From: Candidatus Taylorbacteria bacterium RIFCSPLOWO2_01_FULL_45_34b
GTDB lineage: Bacteria > Patescibacteriota > Minisyncoccia > Phycocordibacterales > DSPV01
DNA length: 44,778 nucleotides
Assembly (NCBI GenBank): GCA_001822675.1
Contig: MHRY01000048.1
Location: 1-44,778 of the forward strand
Direction of reading: 5' to 3'
The translations under genes were made by a program, and so were the position numbers. Of this stretch, positions 37,890-44,778 are shown piece after piece. Each line of letters starts with the position of its first letter. Within the stretch, counting starts at the first letter, position 1. Below the pieces are notes generated by a model. It worked only from the letters and a program-made list of their open reading frames with translations. It was not told the DNA's origin and did not search any database.

Positions 37890-39851
37890 ATGCTCTCTAT
37901 GAAACAACCCCGCCGGAAAGAAAAAGAAAGAAACACAAATAAACCCCTGGAAAGCATCATAAGTGTCAACTCAAAAGGGGTTGGTTTTGTTGAGCATCCG
38001 GATTTTGAAGATGATATTCGAATCGAGGAAGACAACATGAACACTGCCTTGCACGGCGACACAGTCCGCGTTTCGTATAAAAAAGAAGGACGAGAAGTGA
38101 GGGGTACAGTAACAGACATTATCAAACGCGCTCGAACTCGTTTTGTTGGAAGTGTTGAAAAAAATGACGATCAGTTCACTCTTGTCACCGACGATAAAAG
38201 AGTGTACGTGACCATGCGAATTGTTGGCGGCAATGATGAGATGATTGGCAAAAAAGTGCAGGTTGAAATGGAACCATGGAGTAATCCGAGAGAAAGTCCA
38301 AGAGCCGTGGTACGAAAAATCATTGGCCAAAAAGGCAACAATGATGCCGAAATGGAATCAATCGTGCTCGAGAAAGGACTCGCCATTGATTTTCCGGAAG
38401 AGGTGAAAGCTGAGGCAGATAGAATTGGGAGGGAGGCCGCGATTTCTGCCACAGAAATCGCGGCCCGACGTGACTTCCGCCACACTCCAACCTTCACCAT
38501 CGATCCCGCCGACGCCAAAGACTTCGACGACGCCCTCTCCCTTCGAAAAATATCGGAAGACACCTATGAGGTCGGCGTACACATCGCCGATGTCTCTCAC
38601 TATGTCCGAGAAAACACCCCGCTCGATCGCGAAGCCAGCGCGCGCGGCTGTTCGATTTATCTTGTCGACCGAACCATTCCCATGCTTCCTCCAATACTGT
38701 CAGACAACCTCTGCAGTCTTCTTGAAGGAAAAGACAAGCTGACCTTCTCTGCTGTTTTTACTATGAAACGAACTTCTCGCGGCTGGATTGTGACAGAGCG
38801 CTGGTTTGGAAAAACAATTATCAACTCAAGCAAACGATTCAGCTACGAAGACGCCCAAAAAATCCTCAACGAAAAAACGGGGCGATACTATGAAGAGCTC
38901 AATATTCTAGATGGAATCAGCAAGCAACTGCGCGCCGAAAAATTCAAAAAAGGTGCCATTGATTTTGAGCAAGATGAAGTAAAATTCGTGCTCGACGCCA
39001 CCGGTCGACCGCTCCGAGTCTACAAAAAAGAGCGCCTCGACACGCATAAACTTGTCGAAGAGTTGATGCTTCTTGCCAACCGTGAAGTGGCGGAATACAT
39101 TTATCGTAAAGAAAAAGAAAGCGGCATGCGTAAACCTTTTATCTACCGTATTCATGATCTGCCAAAAGAAGATCGCATCACCGAACTCGCGCTTTTTGTT
39201 AAAGCTTTGGGACACGACCTTCCCATCGGCAAAGAAAAACTGAAAGCCAAAGACTTCAGCGTGCTTTTTGAAAGAATCCGCGGCAAGGGCGAAGAATCCC
39301 TCGTCAAAACCGCCGCCATCCGTTCCATGGCCAAAGCAATCTACTCAACAAAAAATATCGGGCACTTCGGCCTGGCCTTCCCCTACTACACTCATTTCAC
39401 TTCGCCCATTCGCCGCTATCCGGATACGCTAGTACACCGACTCCTCGATGCATATCTTTCAAATAAAAAAATGAGCGCAGAAACAATCCAAAAACTTGAA
39501 GGAAATGCCGCGGCAAGTACCGATCGCGAAATCGACGCGGCCGAAGCAGAACGCCAGTCCGTTAAATTGAAACAAGTCGAGTACATGAAAGAGCGAGTTG
39601 GTCAGACTTTTGACGGAGTTGTTTCAGGTGTTACCGAATGGGGTATTTACGTTGAAGATCGCGAAACAAAATCCGAAGGATTAGTCCGCCTCAAAGACCT
39701 CGAGAATGACTACTACGAAATTGACCAGAAAAACTACCGCGTCATTGGCAAAAAAACCAAAAAGAAATACACGCTCGGTGATCCCGTACGCTTCACAGTC
39801 ATGGGAGCAGACATTGAAAGAAAAACCTTGGATTTCAAGTTAAATTTGTAG
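37890..39851 (+). CDS. rnr: Ribonuclease R
   Basis: Cold-shock domain; RNB motifs TIDPADAKDFDDALS, VHIADVSHYV and HFTSPIRRYPD; C-terminal S1 domain. Confidence 0.95.
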   Translation: MLSMKQPRRKEKERNTNKPLESIISVNSKGVGFVEHPDFEDDIRIEEDNMNTALHGDTVRVSYKKEGREVRGTVTDIIKRARTRFVGSVEKNDDQFTLVTDDKRVYVTMRIVGGNDEMIGKKVQVEMEPWSNPRESPRAVVRKIIGQKGNNDAEMESIVLEKGLAIDFPEEVKAEADRIGREAAISATEIAARRDFRHTPTFTIDPADAKDFDDALSLRKISEDTYEVGVHIADVSHYVRENTPLDREASARGCSIYLVDRTIPMLPPILSDNLCSLLEGKDKLTFSAVFTMKRTSRGWIVTERWFGKTIINSSKRFSYEDAQKILNEKTGRYYEELNILDGISKQLRAEKFKKGAIDFEQDEVKFVLDATGRPLRVYKKERLDTHKLVEELMLLANREVAEYIYRKEKESGMRKPFIYRIHDLPKEDRITELALFVKALGHDLPIGKEKLKAKDFSVLFERIRGKGEESLVKTAAIRSMAKAIYSTKNIGHFGLAFPYYTHFTSPIRRYPDTLVHRLLDAYLSNKKMSAETIQKLEGNAAASTDREIDAAEAERQSVKLKQVEYMKERVGQTFDGVVSGVTEWGIYVEDRETKSEGLVRLKDLENDYYEIDQKNYRVIGKKTKKKYTLGDPVRFTVMGADIERKTLDFKLNL

Positions 39852-39862
39852 TGTTTAATTAC

Positions 39863-39923
39863 TACAAAAACCCCGAGGTTGAACCTTTCTGTAGATCCAA
39901 GGTTCAACCTCGGGGTTTTTGTA
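39863..39923. repeat. REP-like palindrome / rnr terminator
   Basis: TACAAAAACCCCGAGGTTGAACCTT...AAGGTTCAACCTCGGGGTTTTTGTA. Confidence 0.7.
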
Positions 39924-40000
39924 AGTGTCCAGTCTATGCAGATAACGCCTGGCCGTCTTCCGTTCACGGGAAGCGGCCTTTTTGATTTCAATATTGGATT

Positions 40001-40688
40001 TTGCATTTACTTAAAATATGCTATTCTAAACAATAGATGCACAACGAACAGGCTCGCTCCCGACACGCGGCCACCCAGCAAAACTTGGGCGGCCTCTTTA
40101 CATAACCACTAAGGCTAAACCTTTCTGTAGATCCCCGCCTGCGTCCGACTTCAAACGGGCAGGCAAGGTTTAGCCTCGGAGCTTTTAGAATTCTTTACTT
40201 ATTTTGCCCATTATGCTATACAAGAAGTGCGGCTTAAGAGCTAGCCCGCAAGATAAGAGATGCGTGACAAGGTCTCGAGTCTTCAGAGTGGCCTCCAACT
40301 GCTCCTTGGACGGCCACTTTTTTCTTGCATAAAAATTTGATTCTTGATAACCTAACTTCGTGGAGGTTTGACCAACTCCACAACGCTGAAGGGCCACGGT
40401 AGCCGGATTCCCTAGAGGATTGGGGGATCCGGCTTTTTTCTTTGCATAATTACTTGCATAAAAATGAAAGTTCGATATGATAATTCCTGTGGACATTGGA
40501 ATGTTCACATCGCATAATCCGGACTCTTCGCTTAGGGGAGTCCGGTTTTTCTATTATGTAAATCACTTGCAGAAAAAACGGCGATTGGGTATCCTAGGAC
40601 GTGTGGCACCCGTTGTGTCCACATGGAACAGCTACCGGACCCTCCTTTCAACACTCCTCGTGAAAAGGAAGGGTCCGGTTTTTCTTTT
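40001..40688 (+). ncRNA. Cluster of five putative small RNA genes, each with its own promoter and terminator
   Basis: Promoters at 40001-40027, 40194-40222, 40325-40353, 40454-40481 and 40567-40595, each followed by 60-100 nt ending in a GC hairpin and T-tract. No credible ORF. Confidence 0.6.
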
Positions 40689-40766
40689 ATAAAAAGAGAC
40701 ACAAGAAAAACCGCTCCAAGCATGTACTCGGGGCGGCTTTTTTAATAAAACTCTTTATTTTTCTTT

Positions 40767-41819
40767 TCAAACCTCAAAAATCTTGGTCTGAATCCACTTT
40801 GAGACAAGACTAACAACTTCTTCTGTCGTCTCTTCGATCATCCAAACGCCAAGATCGAGGGTCAAATTGCCTCCGCCAATTCCCCTTCCATCAGAGGAAA
40901 GTTTGGCTCCACAAGATGATGATGGCAGACGCTCACGGAGAAAAATGTCGAGCGGATTGGTGATATCCGCGTTCCGAGCACTAATCCGGACCATCTTATC
41001 GATGATACCCCACACAACGACGAGCGTGACCCCGCTCATGCGAATAAGATCATCAGCAATGCTTGAGAGATCATCGCCATCAGATGAGCTGATCTTGCCT
41101 ATGTGCGTCACCAATTTACCACCCTGGACGACTTTATTTCGAAGTGCCCGTTCCACATTCACAAAATGGCTTTGCGGGAGCGGGTACCGGAAAAGTTGCG
41201 TCAAGTCCTGATTCGAGACCGCCGATGTCAGAACATTGTAGGCCAAGCGGTCGCGCTCGAAGCAGTCGGTGAGACTGCCTGTATCGGTGTGAATGCCGAG
41301 AGCAAGAAGCAAGGCGACAGTCTGATTGGTGTCTCCAAAACCAAAACCGAGCGACTGAATAAGTTCAGTGAGTATTGTCGAGGCCGAACCAACGTCCTCA
41401 ATCCAAACAAAGGTCTCATCCCTCTCCTTTATTTCACTGCCACGATGGTGGTCGATGACAATGAATGGATCGATTCTCTGGTCTGTCTGTGCCAGTAACC
41501 GGCCATCAGTGACTGAAGATGAATCAACAAGGATAACATTGTGGTTATCGCAGACACTGAACGATTTCATCGGCTTCATCCTTTTGAGGAGATCAAACCG
41601 ATTCACAATCGCTTGATTTTGAGGATGGCTTATTGACCCAGCGTAGAAGGTATTCACTTCGAGACCATTTTTCGGCCTAAGTTGGTTTACGAGCCATGCG
41701 ATGCCGCGGGCCGCTCCAAGCGCGTCGGGGTCAACCTGCGCGATAACGATTGAAATGTTCCCAGTCGCATTTTCGATAAGGCCACGAAATTTGGTAATTC
41801 TGTCTTCTGTTAGATTCAT
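40767..41819 (-). CDS. DHH/DHHA1 family phosphoesterase
   Basis: DPDALG, LVDSS, IDHH, GSASTI, GIHTDTG, ISAR and a C-terminal GGG. Confidence 0.88.
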   Translation of the reverse strand: MNLTEDRITKFRGLIENATGNISIVIAQVDPDALGAARGIAWLVNQLRPKNGLEVNTFYAGSISHPQNQAIVNRFDLLKRMKPMKSFSVCDNHNVILVDSSSVTDGRLLAQTDQRIDPFIVIDHHRGSEIKERDETFVWIEDVGSASTILTELIQSLGFGFGDTNQTVALLLALGIHTDTGSLTDCFERDRLAYNVLTSAVSNQDLTQLFRYPLPQSHFVNVERALRNKVVQGGKLVTHIGKISSSDGDDLSSIADDLIRMSGVTLVVVWGIIDKMVRISARNADITNPLDIFLRERLPSSSCGAKLSSDGRGIGGGNLTLDLGVWMIEETTEEVVSLVSKWIQTKIFEV

Positions 41820-42154
41820 AAGGTCTTTCGATGTTCTGCGTTGTAGAGCCTTTGTTTATGGCCATGGTTTTAACTTCCGATCTGGTAAGATAATACCATC
41901 TTATTTATTTTAGTCAATACCTTCATCAATTTGGCACCTCCTATACCTTTATTAATGGAAAAGCTCGGGGGATCCCATCCTCTATCCGGGCTAATCTAAA
42001 CGTGGCGAGAAATCGCCATGAACCACCGAATTACAGTTTACGCTGTCGGTGGTTTTTTTATGTGCTTGTATAGGAAGCGAAAAAAGAGCGCGAGCACTTT
42101 CGTCGCTGCATGATATTAAATTAGCAAATAGAAGCGATCGCTTCTATTTGCTAA

Positions 42155-42718
42155 TTATTTCACTTTATGAACAATATTCTTTAAGGACTCGGTTTTTAGT
42201 TCGGAGAAAGGAACAACTCTCGCAAAATCCCGCATTTGAAGCGTAAGTTCGATTGGAAATTCACCGCCACGGATGAGTTCTTTGATTCCAACCAAGGCTT
42301 TCGCTCCTTTCTTTTCTTGGAAATTCCAATTCATGTAACCCATCTCCGTGAACACTCCCGACGAAAGACCGACACAAAGAACAACGTCCGTTTTTGTAAT
42401 CAGTGTCCACAAAAGTTCATGCCAATCTTTTGTTTCAAGCTGGATGTCCGCGAACGCGAGATTCGAAAGATACGGTACGGTCTCCCAATCGAAGTCGTTT
42501 CTGGTGTAAAGCATCCGCAATTTCCCTCCGGCCTTACGGTAAGCATCCCCCGCAACCTTAAGCATCCCGCCGTAATTGTACATGGTGGTGAGTTCATGCC
42601 CCCCTATAGCAAGTTCTCGCCCAATTTCGGCAGCGAGTGTTTCAATTTCGGCAACAGATCGGCCTGTCGCTTTAGAAAGATTGTCGATGTTGGTGGGACC
42701 AATAAGACTTATTTTCAT
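42155..42718 (-). CDS. SLOG/LOG-superfamily-like Rossmann-fold protein
   Basis: KISLIG...AAEIGRELA..GHEL....GGML.V....YRKAGG and VGLSSGVFTEM resemble the LOG-family layout. Confidence 0.6.
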   Translation of the reverse strand: MKISLIGPTNIDNLSKATGRSVAEIETLAAEIGRELAIGGHELTTMYNYGGMLKVAGDAYRKAGGKLRMLYTRNDFDWETVPYLSNLAFADIQLETKDWHELLWTLITKTDVVLCVGLSSGVFTEMGYMNWNFQEKKGAKALVGIKELIRGGEFPIELTLQMRDFARVVPFSELKTESLKNIVHKVK

Positions 42719-42939
42719 AACTATATTTAATACTGCTCTAACTTTTAGCAGATGTCAACGCTTGCTACTCATTCGTCCTCTTTATATCCCGACGCTATTT
42801 AAAAACAGGTCGGGACTCCGACTTCTCGCCGCGAGAACGTCGGAGCTTAATACATTATATCCCGATTTTTGTGAGCAAAAATCGAGGATCCTCGACATTA
42901 CGAAGTAGTTGTCGGGACGTAATACTTTATACTTATTCG

Positions 42940-44778
42940 TTATTTCGCCACTCTCGCCGCTTCTTCAAACTGAATGGAAAGCAACTTGGAAACGCCGCCT
43001 CCCCCCATAGTCACTCCATAGAGCACACCGGCGTGAGACATGGTCTCTCTGTTGTGCGTAATTAAAATAAGTTGCGAGTATTTTGAAAGATTTTCAATCA
43101 TATTGCCATACTTCCGCGAGTTGGCTTCATCAAGCGCCGCGTCAGTTTCATCGAGAACAATAAACGGCGGCGGATTCACTTGGGAAATCGCGAATAAAAG
43201 CGCGATGGAAGTCAGCGCCCGTTCGCCGCCCGAGAGCATCTCAAGCCCGCGAACCCGCTTGTTTGGCAAACTAACAGTGATATTAATTCCCTCTTTGTCT
43301 TGTTCCTCCTCTTCCAAAGATTCGCTCTCCCTTGCGGCAGAAAGCATCTCTTCCATATCGTCCACACTGGCTTTCTTTCTTTTCTTTTCGCGGATAACTT
43401 CCAAAGAGGCATCACCGCCGCCAAACATAAGTTTGAAAAAATTGCCAAATTCGGCATTGATTTTCCGCACTCCTTCTTTAAACTCGACATCAAGTCTCGT
43501 CTCAAGTTCAACAATAAGAAACTGGAGGGATTCGGCAGTTCTTTCTAAATCACCAATTTCTCGCTCCAAAAACTGGTCTCGCTCTTCGGCTTCTTTGTAT
43601 TCCTTGAGAATGTCCGCGCCTCCTCCACCGCCAAGCTCCTCGATCCGAATTTTTAATTTTTCAATAGCCCGCCGCTTTTCTACTTGAACGCTTCGTGGTT
43701 CAGCCACAATTTGCTCCGCGGTCAGAATCGCACCAACGCTGTCCCGCAAAACAACAACGTCGTAATCAAGCGCGCTTCGGCCGATAAGCGCGGCAGCCTC
43801 TGCAAGTTCGCGCTTGAAATCTGCCTCTTCAAGTTTTAATTTCTCATCCAAACCACGAAGCTCATGCAATCGCCCAGAATACTCCTGCTCTTTGGCCATG
43901 ATGCGGAAAAGCTCTTTTTCGGCATCGCGACTGGTATCTTTTTCCTTTTCGATTTCATCCTTAAGCTCAACATACGATTTGTAAAGCTTATCTTCCTCGA
44001 TTTTCGCCGTCTCAATATTCTTCTCCAGCGTCACCCTTTCTTTCGTCAGTTTTTGGACAGTTTCTTCCGCTTCTTTGGTCAGAAGATTTTCCTGACCACC
44101 AAAGCGATTTTTTGAAATAAATTCAGACAAAGCTTCACGAATGAAACGCAAAATCTCCCGCAACTTCGGAAGACTTTCTTCTCTTTCGGCTTTTCTGATT
44201 TCCGTTTCGAAACTATCTTGAAGCGATTCAACTTCTTTAAGTAGCACAGTTTTGTGAAGGTTCATCGCCGTCTGCTCCTTGAATTTAAGAATTCGCCTAT
44301 TCTCTGAAGAAATCTCGCCTTCAAGCCTCCCAAGATCGCGAAGTAATGAATCTTTTCTCTCCCGAATCGCACGGAGTTTCTCTTCAAATTCTATCACTCC
44401 CCGACTTTTCTTGTCACTCGCGTTCGAATCCGAGAGCAGGCTTTTGGTTTTCGTCAGTTCCCGCTCGAGCTTGGCCAGTTCTTCCTTAGGAATTTTCTGC
44501 TCCTTTTCGATGAAAGCGCGCTGGCCTTTCAAATAACTATCCTCGCGTTTGAAATAATCACAATAGTGCGCGGTCAACTCTTTTTTGAGAAGAGCGCTTC
44601 GCTCCACCTTCTCAACTTGCTTTTTCAAAAACTTGAGATGCGGCGCGATTTCCCGCCGGAGCGAATGGACTGAATTGATATTCTCTTTAGTTTTTTCGAG
44701 TTTGCGTTCGCTTTCCTGTTTTTTATATTGATAGAGCTTCAAGCCAAGCGCGTCTTCCACTATTACTCGGCGCTCTTT
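42940..44778 (-). CDS. SMC-like chromosome ATPase (5' end outside the window)
   Basis: KERRVIVEDALGL end-of-head motif at the window edge; long coiled coil; LSGGERAL signature; VLDETDAALD Walker B/D-loop; LITHN. Confidence 0.88.
   Translation of the reverse strand, partial: KERRVIVEDALGLKLYQYKKQESERKLEKTKENINSVHSLRREIAPHLKFLKKQVEKVERSALLKKELTAHYCDYFKREDSYLKGQRAFIEKEQKIPKEELAKLERELTKTKSLLSDSNASDKKSRGVIEFEEKLRAIRERKDSLLRDLGRLEGEISSENRRILKFKEQTAMNLHKTVLLKEVESLQDSFETEIRKAEREESLPKLREILRFIREALSEFISKNRFGGQENLLTKEAEETVQKLTKERVTLEKNIETAKIEEDKLYKSYVELKDEIEKEKDTSRDAEKELFRIMAKEQEYSGRLHELRGLDEKLKLEEADFKRELAEAAALIGRSALDYDVVVLRDSVGAILTAEQIVAEPRSVQVEKRRAIEKLKIRIEELGGGGGADILKEYKEAEERDQFLEREIGDLERTAESLQFLIVELETRLDVEFKEGVRKINAEFGNFFKLMFGGGDASLEVIREKKRKKASVDDMEEMLSAARESESLEEEEQDKEGINITVSLPNKRVRGLEMLSGGERALTSIALLFAISQVNPPPFIVLDETDAALDEANSRKYGNMIENLSKYSQLILITHNRETMSHAGVLYGVTMGGGGVSKLLSIQFEEAARVAK

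Noticed and set aside
40001..40688. tmRNA, RNase P, SRP or 6S RNA
   Set aside because: I could not find tRNA-like ends, the RNase P P4 consensus or the SRP loop motif, and internal terminators divide the region into short units.

Overview
This window looks like a Patescibacteria/CPR (Parcubacteria-like) chromosome segment, judged from gene content, a short RpoB and many hairpin repeats; the taxonomy is inferred. Housekeeping genes include typA, hisS, rpoB-rpoC-dnaG-rpoD, rpsP-khpA-trmD, rnr, a UvrD-nuclease fusion and a partial SMC-like ATPase. The most interesting content is non-coding. (1) Three dispersed, homologous arrays (about 1304-2050 +, 6730-7174 +, 11527-12080 -) hold 16 stem-loop units with the loop layout RGA-9 nt variable-TYA-N2/3-TGA-9 nt variable-TYA. 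They resemble stem-loop TIGR guide arrays, but no Tas/Nop-domain gene is present in the window, and homologous stems carry different spacers in each array. (2) Five tandem promoter-small RNA-terminator units lie downstream of rnr. (3) tRNA-Asn(GTT) is split inside the anticodon by a group I intron that encodes an HNH endonuclease. (4) A leader-peptide attenuator precedes an ABC exporter. (5) REP/MITE-like palindrome families are common, and some are inserted in frame into trmD. All calls come from reading the sequence by eye; no database searches were run.
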